Shown: positions 52,536 through 61,860 of the stretch, one piece after another | Position numbering within the stretch: position 1 is the first letter of the stretch | Layout of the letters: every line of letters starts with the position of its first letter | The notes under the pieces: model-generated | Seen by the model: only the letters and a program-made list of their open reading frames with translations | Told to the model about the DNA's origin: nothing | The model's database searches: none | Translations under genes and position numbers: made by a program | Assembly: GCA_963786195.1 (NCBI GenBank) | Contig: CAWAYH010000009.1 | Span: forward strand, 457,011 to 521,010 | Origin: an uncultured Acidobacteriota bacterium | Lineage (GTDB): Bacteria > Acidobacteriota > Vicinamibacteria > Vicinamibacterales > 2-12-FULL-66-21 | Reading direction: 5' to 3' | Length of the DNA: 64,000 nucleotides

Positions 52536-53457
52536 ATTCTGGAGACGGCAGGGGCCGGGGTCCCCGCCACATGCTGAGATACATCCGCAGGAACGACGGC
52601 CGTGGCGCCTCGAAGTCCACGTACTCGCCGAGATGAATCCACGGCACCTCCGGGTGCTGGTGATGCGCCCGATGGTGGTGATAGTTGAGAAAGACGTATT
52701 GAGTCGCGCGGCTCACTTTCAGATTCCAGGCGCCGTCGCGCGTGTCGAGCTCCGACCACGCGTGGTCGGCGTACTGAAGAGCGCTCCAGTTGATCGCGAA
52801 CGCGGCGTAGCAGGCCGCCCACCCGGCGATCGAGAGATCGAGCAGCATCCACAGCAGGATCTGGATCGCCGCCGACGCCAGAATCTCCACCCGCATCCGG
52901 TTCCAGCCGGCTGACTGGATGCCGTCCAGCATCGCCTCGACGCCGACGTGCTCCAGGACCTTCGAGCCGCGCGTGTCGATCGCTCGCGCCAGGACACGCT
53001 TCGGCACGCACAGGACGAGCAGGCATCCGAGCGGCGGCACCAACCAGTAGAGCCCCGTCAGGATCCCGTACCACTGCACGAACTTCAGCAGCTTACTGTC
53101 CTCGGGCGCGTAGTAGTCGAACCGTTCGACCTCGGTCCGGTTGCGCCGGTGATGTCCGAGGTGGCACATCCGATGGAACGTGAATCCGGTGGGAAACGAC
53201 GCGGCGAGCAGCCGGCCCGACCACTCGTTGACGCGAGGGTCCGGATGGAACTTGCGGTGGACGCACTCGTGCAGCAGCGAGTACATCGTGTTGTTCGTGA
53301 ACGAAAACGCACAGGCCGCCAGCAGGACGCCGGTCCAGGAGCTGGCATGGGACGCGAGGTACAGCAAGGCCGCGTTCGCGGACAACACGACGATCCCGAG
53401 TGCGACGTTGAGTGCGCGTGGGATCCCGAGTATCTCCCGCGCGTGACGTGCTTTCAT
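52522..53457 (-). CDS. Membrane fatty-acid desaturase family protein (three His boxes)
   Basis: MKARHAREILG... with HECVH, HLGHHR, HHHRAHH histidine boxes and 4 TM helices. Confidence 0.8.
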   Translation of the reverse strand: MKARHAREILGIPRALNVALGIVVLSANAALLYLASHASSWTGVLLAACAFSFTNNTMYSLLHECVHRKFHPDPRVNEWSGRLLAASFPTGFTFHRMCHLGHHRRNRTEVERFDYYAPEDSKLLKFVQWYGILTGLYWLVPPLGCLLVLCVPKRVLARAIDTRGSKVLEHVGVEAMLDGIQSAGWNRMRVEILASAAIQILLWMLLDLSIAGWAACYAAFAINWSALQYADHAWSELDTRDGAWNLKVSRATQYVFLNYHHHRAHHQHPEVPWIHLGEYVDFEAPRPSFLRMYLSMWRGPRPLPSPESERV

Positions 53458-54051
53458 CGTGTCCCCCCGGCGCGTTTCGGAGATCGACTCAGGAGCATGC
53501 CGACGAGAATCCCGGCGACGGCTGCGGCAGCCCCCACGCCCCACAGGTTCCGCCGGGCTGCTGTCAGGAGCGGGTTGTCGAACAGGTTGACCGACGCGTG
53601 AAAGGCCGCAATCTTCCATCGACCGTCGTGCCGCACGACCGTCGCCGTCCAGCGGCTGTTGACGTCGAGCGAGAGGCCGCTGGTCAGCTTGAAGTGGTCG
53701 CGCGAGCTGCCGAATGCCACGCCCGTGTCCGGCTCCGTGAAGGATCGTGAGCTCGTCCACGGTTGGCGCGGCGGTGAATTCGTCGACGAGCCGGTTGGGA
53801 CCTTCCGTCATGCGAGAGATGTAAGCGCGGACGCCTTCCGGCTTTCTGCTGACCTCGGCGTTCTGCCACGTGACGACCACGTCGGGATGGAGGTGCTGAA
53901 GCAGCCGCGTCAGGTCACGCTTGTTCAGGCTGTCGACGAGATCGTCGCGCAGCGCGCGAAGCTCCGCGTGCGCCGGGTCTTCCGCAGGTTGTCCATTCGA
54001 CGCGCCCACCAGCGTCATCAGCACCACGGCCAAGAACGGCACACGAATCAT
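53454..54051 (-). CDS. Secreted NTF2-like / SnoaL-like small protein (DUF4440-like); one frameshift
   Basis: Signal peptide MIRVPFLAVVLMTLVGASNGQ, ..LHPDVVVTWQNAEV..; second frame ..WTATVVRHDGRWKIAAFHASVN.., which is the NTF2-fold C-terminus. Confidence 0.45.
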
Positions 54052-55106
54052 CCTCGTCCTCCACTCAGCTTTTCAGCTCTCAGCTTGTGCCCCATTGGCT
54101 GAGAGCTGACCGCTGACAGCTGACCGCTAAAAACAAATGTGATGAGCCGCCGCATCAGCTCCGGTACGCGAGGCGTCCGGAAGTAGTGATCCGTCCCCCA
54201 CACCGGATACACGAGACCCGGCTCGACGATCGCGTCGCGCAGCAGCGTGAGTCCATCGTTGGGCCCGAGGTGCGCCATCTGCTGGTGGCGCATCCGGCCG
54301 AACCGAGTCGTGAGGTGATGCGAGAGCGGACAGCCGATCAGGTTCACCACGGGGAGACCGGCAGGAGCGGACGCCCGCCGGCTGAGGGCCGACTGCGTGG
54401 TGAACTCCTCAGCCAGTGCAGGGCGAGCGCCGCCGCGCGCGAGAAGATATCGAAGCGCCAGACGCCGCCACCAGCGTGCGAGCATCCAGTCGATGGCCGG
54501 TGTCCCGTGCACCAGGCCGCTGACGATGACCCACGCGCGCAACCCCCGGGGAAGCGAGGACATCGACTCCAACGCAAGCCGCGTATCGGCCGCTCCCTTG
54601 CTCAGCGAGACCACGACGGTCGATTCAGTCACGTAATCCGGAAGCATGGTTCGCAGAACAGCCGCATTTTCGTGCGCGGTGCCGGCGCTCCGTGTCGGCA
54701 GCACCTCGACGTCGAGTCCCGCTTCGAGGGCCGCACGCTGCACGACCGCGCCATCGCCGCCGATGTCCGGACGCTCGCGGTAGAAAAGCGCGGGAACGAT
54801 GAGGACCCTGCCCCGCGCGCGGCCGATCGTCGGCGCCGACGCGGCGCCATCCAGCGCGTCAACGAGCGCGCGATTCTGCGGAGCGCGCCGGATCCGGTCA
54901 TAGAACAAGGTGGTCGCGAAGTCGATGCCGTGACGGACGGCGAGGTCGCCGAGCCGCTCGCGGTTGCAGTGCTCGTAGTCGACGTCAGGGTAAGCCGCAC
55001 GTACGCGCGCCAGCAGCTCGGCCTCGCGTCCGGCCATCACGGCGTCGGCCCGCGCGCCGGCGCCGGGCAGAGCGTGATCGAACTGAGGCCGCGCCGCCGT
55101 CAGCAT
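54048..55106 (-). CDS. Hypothetical protein (no family recognised), intact from MLTAARPQ
   Basis: Coding-like composition; sits co-directionally between the NTF2-like and GH3 genes. Start taken at Met40 of the ORF-track entry. The overlap with the GH3 stop is 7 nt. Confidence 0.45.
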   Translation of the reverse strand: MLTAARPQFDHALPGAGARADAVMAGREAELLARVRAAYPDVDYEHCNRERLGDLAVRHGIDFATTLFYDRIRRAPQNRALVDALDGAASAPTIGRARGRVLIVPALFYRERPDIGGDGAVVQRAALEAGLDVEVLPTRSAGTAHENAAVLRTMLPDYVTESTVVVSLSKGAADTRLALESMSSLPRGLRAWVIVSGLVHGTPAIDWMLARWWRRLALRYLLARGGARPALAEEFTTQSALSRRASAPAGLPVVNLIGCPLSHHLTTRFGRMRHQQMAHLGPNDGLTLLRDAIVEPGLVYPVWGTDHYFRTPRVPELMRRLITFVFSGQLSAVSSQPMGHKLRAEKLSGGRG

Positions 55107-56821
55107 GAAAGTTCTCGTTCGGGGGACGCGCCGGACGGAACACGCAGCACGCCTTCCCACCCGCTTTCCCGATGCAGCGACACCGGCTTGACGTCGCCCA
55201 GCCGCTGACCCTTCGCGACGCACGCGTCCACGTACGCGCGATCGGCGTCAGGACCGACGGACACGACGCGCGCCGGGCGAAGCTGACCGAGGTCGACGCA
55301 CCACGAGTAGTGCGGGTTGCGCCGGAGCTCGCGCTCCAGCGACGTCGCAAGGCCTGGGGGCAGCGCCCCGTCGGGCTCCGGAGGCTCAACGAGCAGCGTG
55401 TACGAGGTCGCGCCGCCGGAGGATTCGGGCGCAAGCATCGCAAACCTCGGCGCAGCCCAACCCTCGAACAGCCTGGCAAGCACGCCGGCCACGAATCCAT
55501 CGCTCAGCTTCTCGCCAAAGCGATCCGACACGCGGTCGGCCCGGCCGACGAACCGTAGCGATGGCGTGGCATCGATCCAGCCGTTCACGCGCACGTTGTC
55601 CCCCAACCGATAGCGATACAGGCCGCCGCCGGTCGTCACCACAACGGAGTAATCGACGTCGCGCTCCAGCTCGTGCGCGAGGAGCGCCTGGCCCGCGGGG
55701 TCGAGGAACTCGAAGAAGTGCGATCGGATCGCAAGCGGATGGAGGCCGCCAAAGGGAATCGACACGATCGCTTCGGTTGCGATCAGGCCCTTGGGCTGGA
55801 CTGGAACACCCTTCAGCTCGTGCGTCAGCTTCTGCGCGTAGGATTGTGCCGGACCGTCTCCCCAACAGCTCACGAGACCGAGGTCAGGCCACAAGTTCTC
55901 GGGACGAAGATCATCAATCTGCCGCAGGGCCGCCGCGCGACGCGCATCGGGCGTCAGCCGGCGCAGGAGTCGACCGCGCACGTCGCTCGAGATGGATCCC
56001 GGCGGCGTGAGCGAGCCGCGCTCGACGTCCGCAATCAGGCGATCGCGCCACGCCGGCAGCCCGTCGATCAGCCTGGAAAGAAACGACGGATGCCAGACCG
56101 AAATCAGCCGCAGCGCGCGTGCTCGGATCAGGAACAACAGCGTGACGTAGTGGAACGCATCGGGATCGGTGACGAAACGGATGTCATCCGGCACCGCCAC
56201 GACCGCACGGATCAGCGCGCGGCGCGCGGCGCCCAGGTACGCCGAGTCGTCTTCGAACCCAACCGGGACCACGTGATCGCTGCCAAGCCGCGCGGAGGCA
56301 AGCGTGTCGGCCGAGAGCGCCGGGGTGATCGACCAGTACGCGGGCCCGCCAGCCAGGCTCGGCCTGCTGCGGAACAGATCGACGACCCAGGCGTCGATGG
56401 CCCGGCTGAATTCGCGCTGCAGCCCGATCGTGCTCGGCAGCAGCTTCGCCGCCGCAGTCGAGCCGCTGGACGGCGCGAGGCGTCTGACGGTCTCCTGCGT
56501 CATCACGCCCGGCTCGCCCCGGGCAACCCGTCGAACGAGCGGCTCGAGATCGTCGTACGTCGCGATCGGCACCTGATCCCGATAGCGTTCGACGACGTCC
56601 TGCCAGGTTGCGCGCCCCGCGTCCGCCAGCTGCAGCGTTTTCACGATTCGTGAAAACCGGCACGCGCGACCGACGACCGTCTCGCCGTTGTTCTGCAGGT
56701 ACGCAGCCAGGACGTCGAGCTGCGCACGCGCCGGGTCGCGCAGCGCCACACGGAACCGCTGCCACGCTCGCGCGCTTGCTCCCGCCCAGAGCAGATTCAC
56801 CGCACTGCAGCGAACATCCAC
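55100..56821 (-). CDS. GH3 (auxin-responsive promoter) family acyl-acid amido synthetase homolog, intact 573 aa
   Basis: Adenylate-forming-fold signature ..YSVVVTTGGGLYRYRLGDNVRV.. characteristic of GH3/JAR1 family. ..SSGSTAAAKLLPST.. is the P-loop-like region. Confidence 0.7.
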   Translation of the reverse strand: MDVRCSAVNLLWAGASARAWQRFRVALRDPARAQLDVLAAYLQNNGETVVGRACRFSRIVKTLQLADAGRATWQDVVERYRDQVPIATYDDLEPLVRRVARGEPGVMTQETVRRLAPSSGSTAAAKLLPSTIGLQREFSRAIDAWVVDLFRSRPSLAGGPAYWSITPALSADTLASARLGSDHVVPVGFEDDSAYLGAARRALIRAVVAVPDDIRFVTDPDAFHYVTLLFLIRARALRLISVWHPSFLSRLIDGLPAWRDRLIADVERGSLTPPGSISSDVRGRLLRRLTPDARRAAALRQIDDLRPENLWPDLGLVSCWGDGPAQSYAQKLTHELKGVPVQPKGLIATEAIVSIPFGGLHPLAIRSHFFEFLDPAGQALLAHELERDVDYSVVVTTGGGLYRYRLGDNVRVNGWIDATPSLRFVGRADRVSDRFGEKLSDGFVAGVLARLFEGWAAPRFAMLAPESSGGATSYTLLVEPPEPDGALPPGLATSLERELRRNPHYSWCVDLGQLRPARVVSVGPDADRAYVDACVAKGQRLGDVKPVSLHRESGWEGVLRVPSGASPERELSC

Positions 56822-56826
56822 GATCG

Positions 56827-57555
56827 TCAGCCCTTCAGGCTCCTCGCAATCCGCGTCCCCGCCCGGGTCAGGTTGTCTTCGTGAACGCGCGTCAGGCAGA
56901 CGAGCTCGTCGCCGTGGATGTACCCGGGATTGCGCTCGAGAAAGAACGTGACGTGGGCGTCATGAGTGCGCCCGAGGGGTACGTCGAGCAGCTCCGGCAC
57001 GAGTACCTGAGGTCGATCGAACCGCACGATCCCGCGCTCCGAATCGTAGAGATCCCCGAACCGCTCGCGAGCCAGGGTGTCGAGCAGCGAGCCCGCAACG
57101 CCGTCCGAGTCGTAGCGGGGATGGAACTCGCGGAAGAACACGGGCAGAAAGCGGTACGTTCGAAACCCCGACGTCAGCAGAAGCCAATACAGGTCGCCGC
57201 CGTCCGGGCCGGCGAGCTGTTTGACGGCCCGCAGCCATGTCAGCGGAAGCGCCGAGCTTCCCCACCAGCGCGGATCGACGATAGTGTCGCCGGAATAGAC
57301 GATGGTCGCGTCGACGTTCGTCGCCTGGCTGCGATAAACCTGCAGCGTCGAGAAACCATGAACCGATCCGGAATCGTCTTCGAGGAGGATCACCCGGTTC
57401 TTCCCCGCGAGATCCGACTCGAACGTGTCTCGATCGACGCCCGTGAAGGACGTCGACAACAAGGCGAACATCGCGTCACGGTCGCCGTCCCCGAGCGACG
57501 TGCGCTCGACGATGCGGCCGGCAAGTCGTGTCGGTGCAGAGGTGATTGGGGTCAT
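56827..57555 (-). CDS. GNAT-fold acyltransferase-like protein
   Basis: Real start MTPITSAPTRLAGRIVERTSLGDGDRDAMFALL.. (ATG overlaps the stop of the upstream gene, ATGA at 57552-57555). Fold assignment is tentative. Confidence 0.45.
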   Translation of the reverse strand: MTPITSAPTRLAGRIVERTSLGDGDRDAMFALLSTSFTGVDRDTFESDLAGKNRVILLEDDSGSVHGFSTLQVYRSQATNVDATIVYSGDTIVDPRWWGSSALPLTWLRAVKQLAGPDGGDLYWLLLTSGFRTYRFLPVFFREFHPRYDSDGVAGSLLDTLARERFGDLYDSERGIVRFDRPQVLVPELLDVPLGRTHDAHVTFFLERNPGYIHGDELVCLTRVHEDNLTRAGTRIARSLKG

Positions 57556-58865
57556 AGGATTGCCAACTCCGGCTGTGACGGTCGGGGATCGACCGATCGG
57601 GCCAGTGCTTCGCCGTCCGGCCAGAACGCGAGGTACACGACGCTCTCGTAGGCCCGGTGTCGAAAGCGCCGGCGGATCCCGCGCAGCAGCGTGCTCCGCT
57701 CCGAGAGTCCAAGTGCCACGTAGTCGAGCCCGTCCAGCCGTGCGCGCGCGCACGCGTCGGCCACCAGCGCTCCCAGCACGTCCTCATCGTCGTCGTCCAC
57801 GGCGACGTGCGACAGGTAAGCAAACGCGAGCGAGGTGCCGACCGCGGGCAGCGTTGGAATTCCGGTCCAGGGGGCCGCGAGATTGATCACGTGCCGCCAG
57901 TGCGCGAGCCGGCGGCAGTAGCCGCGGACGACGACCTGCTTGAACGCTCGTTGATCCCAACGGGCGAGGCAGCCGACGATGCGCCCCTGTCGCGTCGCGA
58001 CGAGGAAGTCGTCCATGCTCAACCCTCGCGTTCGGAGCGTCGAGAGCAGGTCGTGTGCGGTCCAGCGTGGATGCAGCTGATAGCGTCGGCCGTTCCGGTG
58101 CAGGCACTCGACGATTGCATCGATGGCCGTCAGCGAACCTCGTTGAATGCGAACGTCACCCGGCGTGGCGGGCCGCCGCGGGGCGCGAGCCGGAATCGCC
58201 AGCGTGACGAGCCGATCGAGCGGCTCGAAGCGGGGCCATCCGGGCGAACCGCGCGTCAGCAGCCGCGCGGCGCCGGCGTTGTCTGCCACGATCGAGGCCA
58301 GATACATGCGCGCATCGCCGGCGAGGTGCAGCTGGCGGCAGAAGTGGAAGCCCGCATCCATCAGGCCGCGACGGCTTCGGAAGGCGGGATCGATGCGAAG
58401 CTGGCCGAGGTAGCCGAGCCGGTCCGGCTTTCCGTTGATGAACGCGTCGCGCACGCTGCGGCTGGCAACGGCGGCGAGCTTCCCGGTGGCGCGCTGGCGG
58501 GCGACGATCAACTGGTGCACGTCTCCTTCGATGGAGGCGGCAGCGAGGCTGTCCGGCTCGCGCTCGAGCGAGAGGCTGACGTCACCGGGGAACGCTGTCT
58601 CACGCAGCAGCGTGCGTATCGCGGAATCGTCGTCCCGCGAGGCGAGCTCGAGGGTGTACGACGCCGACCAGCGACGCGCGGCCGCGCGCGCCCGCTCGTC
58701 GCGGTCGGGAACGACCGGCAGAGGCGCCGTCAGTGCGCGCGCAGCAGCGAGCCCGTTCCACGATTCGTCTCCCAGCGGAAAACCGTCGCGCCGCTTCGTG
58801 TCGACCCGCAGCATGCTGTTGATCGGGAAGAAGTTGCGAAACATGAACGCGTCCGCGCGATTCAC
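57552..58865 (-). CDS. CelD/FemAB-like (tandem GNAT) acyltransferase, intact 437 aa
   Basis: Two GNAT-like halves. Family assignment from overall architecture only. Confidence 0.45.
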   Translation of the reverse strand: MNRADAFMFRNFFPINSMLRVDTKRRDGFPLGDESWNGLAAARALTAPLPVVPDRDERARAAARRWSASYTLELASRDDDSAIRTLLRETAFPGDVSLSLEREPDSLAAASIEGDVHQLIVARQRATGKLAAVASRSVRDAFINGKPDRLGYLGQLRIDPAFRSRRGLMDAGFHFCRQLHLAGDARMYLASIVADNAGAARLLTRGSPGWPRFEPLDRLVTLAIPARAPRRPATPGDVRIQRGSLTAIDAIVECLHRNGRRYQLHPRWTAHDLLSTLRTRGLSMDDFLVATRQGRIVGCLARWDQRAFKQVVVRGYCRRLAHWRHVINLAAPWTGIPTLPAVGTSLAFAYLSHVAVDDDDEDVLGALVADACARARLDGLDYVALGLSERSTLLRGIRRRFRHRAYESVVYLAFWPDGEALARSVDPRPSQPELAIL

Positions 58866-60102
58866 CTCATCGAACCCCCGGCGGACGATGCTCGACCAGC
58901 CGTAGAAAGAGCGGCGGGCTCGCAGGCAGTGACTGCTGGAGCTCCTCGGGACTCATCGGGGACGGCGGAACGGCACCATGTTGTAGCGGTACGCGCTCGT
59001 CGAGCCACCACGCGTTCGTAACAGCAGCCGGCTTGTCGGACTTCGAGGCGCGTGTACAAGGGCGTACCGGGAAACGGCGTCAGGTGATTGAACGCGGCGA
59101 TGTAGAAGCTGTGCGCCTTGGCGAATTCCGTCGCGTGCGCGAAGCTCTCGGCCGTGTCGGCGTCGTAGCCAAAGATGAACGTCGCGTAGAGCCGGAGCCG
59201 GTGTCGCCGCAGGTTGGCGAGCGCCGCCTCGTAGCCGCCGCGCATCGTGTTGAAGCTCTTGTTCATCGCCGGCGAGGGCGACCGGGTTGAGGCTCTCGAA
59301 GCCGATCAGCACGCCCTGGCAGCCGCTGCTGCGCGAGCAGATCGAGGAACTCTTCGTCGTGCGCGGCGTTGATGCTCGACTGGCTGACCCAGCGGATGCC
59401 GAGCGGACGCGAGCGCGCGGAAGAACTCCTTCGCCTCCGCCAGGTTCGACGTGATGTTGTCGTCGACGAAGAAGAACAGCTTCTTGCTGTCGCGTGATCG
59501 AGCGCGACCTCGGCGATGACCTCATCGAGCGGCCGACGCGTCTGGGTGTTGCGCGAACATCGATCTGCACGGCGCAGAACTCGCAGCGGAAGTGACAGCC
59601 GCGCCCGGCCTCGACGAGACCGATCGGCAGATAGCGCTTGCCGCGAAAGATCCGGCGGTCCGGCCGCAAGCCGCGCAGCGAGGGCCGCCGTTCGGCGCGA
59701 TAGAACGGCTCCAGCTGCCGTGACGGAAGTCGTCGATCGAGCCGCGGCCAGATCTCCTCCGCCTCGCCGATGACGACCGCTTCGGCGTACCGCGAGACCT
59801 CGTCGGGGCAGAGCGTCGCGTGAAAGCCGCCCATGACGACCGGCATGCCGCGGCGCGCGATACTCGCTGGCGATCTGATACGGCGCGCCGCGCCGTGTAG
59901 GTCTCGACGCTGATGGCCACGAGGTCCGTCGGCTCGTCGAACGGAATCTGTCTCCATCCGATCGTCGTAGAACCGGATCGTCGACATCTGATGGCGTCAG
60001 TCCGGCGATCGTGGCCGGCGGCAGCGGCTCCATCTCCCAGGAGCGGATGTAGCGCTGCCCCGCGCGGCGGCCGATGCACGGATGAATGAGCGTGAGCCTC
60101 AT
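58862..60102 (-). CDS. B12-binding radical SAM protein, paralog 1; at least 10 frame switches
   Basis: MRLTLIHPCIGRR...; ..DLVAISVETYTARRA / YQIASEYR / GMPVVMGGFHATLCPDEV (B12-binding domain); KRYLPIGLVEAGRGCHFRCEFCAVQ (CxxxCxxC); ..TRRPLDEVIAEV..; LGIRWVSQSSINAAHDEEFLDLLAQ; SGCQGVLIGFESLNP; C-terminal NKSFNTMRGGYEAALANLRRHRLRLYATFIFGYDADTAESF...TPFPGTPLYTRL. Pieces alternate among all three frames. Confidence 0.6.
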
Positions 60103-60136
60103 CGCGTGCCGCCATCGCGACGACCGGTCGCGGACG

Positions 60137-61490
60137 TCAGCGCCGGCCCGCCCGGCCCGATGATCCAGTCGCAGTTGTAGAACCGGTGCAGGTTGTGGGC
60201 GTAATGCCGGTAGCCGAGGTTCGTGCCGAGATGGCAACCCACGGCGATGCCGGGACGGCGCGAAGCCGTCGCGCGATCGACGGCAGCGAATACACGTAGC
60301 GCCACGCCTCCTCCGTGCCCTCGCTGCAGCTGCTGCGACGCTCATGCGCAGCCGGCTCGAACACGACGTGCTGACCGTCGTAGAGCTCCCAGTTTCTCGT
60401 CAGGATCCGTCCCTCGCGCTCGAGGCGCTGATAGAGCGCGCGTGCCCGGGAACGGCGTGACGATCGGCGAATCGCGGCAGATCGATGCGCGCGTCCACGG
60501 CGAATCGCGCGGTCTCGAGGAACACATCCGGCGTGTCGTGATCCATGCCGAACACGAAGCAGCCATAGACCGCGATGCCGTGCGCGTGCAGCAACGCGAC
60601 GACTGTCCTTGAACCTCGATCCGGCTGGTTGAAGCTCTTGCTCGAGCCGCGCAGGTTGTCCGCACGGATCGATTCGAATCCCATGAGCAGACCGCGGCAG
60701 CCGCTCCGCGCCGCGAGCTTCAGCAGCGGCAGATCGTCTGCCAGCAGCACCGTCGAGAGGCCGTACCACTGGACCTTCAAGCGGAATCAGCGCTTCGAAC
60801 AGCCGCTCGGCGTACTGCGCGTCGGCGATGAGGTTCAGGTCGACGAAGATCAGCTTGCGCGCGCCGTGCTGACGCGGATGTCCGCGACGACGTCTTCGCA
60901 CGGGCTTCTGGAACGGCTTGCGTCCCCAGGCGGCGGGCACGACGCAGAACTCGCAGTTGTGGATGCAGCGCGCGCGTCGCTTCGAACACGTTGTTGGTCA
61001 GGAAATCGCGCGCTCCGGCAGCAGGTCGCGGCGCGGGAACGGACGTCCGGCCAGCGAGAGATCCGGCGCCTGCGCGTAGCGCGGCCGCATGCCGGTCCCC
61101 GCGACGAAGTCCCGCAGCAGCTCGCGGCCACGTGTCTTCGGCGTAGCCGACGACGATCGGCGTCCGCGTGCGGCTGCGCGTCGTCAGGGACGAGCGTGAC
61201 GTGAGGACCGCCGAGCACGACGGTGATACCGCGCGCGCGGAACGGCCGCGGACAGCTCGTAGGCGCGCGGCGCCGTGCCCGTGATGACGGTGATGCCGAC
61301 GAGATCGACCTGCAGTCTGCGGATCGACGTCTTCGATGCCTTCGTCGATGAGCGTGCAGATCGGCGTCGAGCTCCGGCGGGCACGAGCGACGCAAGCGTC
61401 GTCAGCGTGAGCGGTGCGTAGCGAAGCGATCGGCGGAAGATGCCGCCGCGATGACGATAGAGCGGTCCCTTTGGCGAGAATCAGCGCAAT
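60137..61490 (-). CDS. B12-binding radical SAM protein, paralog 2; heavily frameshifted
   Basis: ..GITVVLGGPHVTLVPDDAQPHADA.. (B12 domain); ..TNNVFEATRGCIHNCEFC.. reconstructed across a frame switch; ..RQHGARKLIFVDLNLIADAQYAERLFEALIPL..; ..WYGLSTVLLADDLPLLKLAARSGCRGLLMGFESI..; C-terminal ..IAVYGCFVFGMDHDTPDVF...LYQRLEREGRILTRNWELYDGQHVVFEP. Same domain order as paralog 1. Confidence 0.55.
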
Positions 61491-61679
61491 TTTCACGAGA
61501 AGCCACCCCCGATGGAATGAAGCTACGTGGCGAGCGTGCCGTGACCGTGAGCGGCAGGCTGAAAAAAGGCTGAGAAAGGGTGATCCCCGGGGTGTTTGTC
61601 AACCTGCTGGGGAGAGCAGGTTACGAAAGACGCGGCCGGGAACGGCGAGTTGGCCATCCGTCCCGGCACGGCTTTGGGA

Positions 61680-61860
61680 GGAGAGGCTGACACTTAGGAC
61701 AACGACGGCTCGGCGGCGAGCGAAAGTCCCGCTGACGGTAATGCGGAGGGTTGCCCGGTAGTCGACGGTTGGGAGGGCCGGAAGTGGACGGACACGGGCC
61801 ACTCCTCCGAGAAATCGTCAGGCCGTCGTGACCTGCTGCGGGACCTCACGACGTGCAGTT
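61680..61860 (+). ncRNA. Candidate cobalamin (B12) riboswitch aptamer
   Basis: Ordered matches to the B12-element core, shown as ours ~ E. coli btuB leader. ACUUAGGACAAC ~ AAUAGGGAA. GGCGGCGAGCGAAAGUCC ~ GGUGCGAAUCC. CCCGCUGACGGUAAUGCGG ~ CGCAGCGGUAAGG. GGACACGGGCCACUC ~ GGACACUGCCAUUC. GAGAAAUCGUCAGG ~ GGGAAGUCAUCAUC. GACCUGCUGC ~ GACCUGCCGG (B12-box end). P1 candidates GGCUGAC (61685-61691) / GUCAGGCC (61819-61826). Sits in a ~700-bp gap with no credible ORF on either strand. The reverse complement shows none of these elements. Confidence 0.4.

Noticed and set aside
61596-61640. Possible promoter TTGTCA...TACGAA plus hairpin cctgct-gggg-agagcagg upstream of the riboswitch candidate
   Set aside because: Spacing and -10 quality are poor. 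Kept only as a note, because the riboswitch call itself is unverified.
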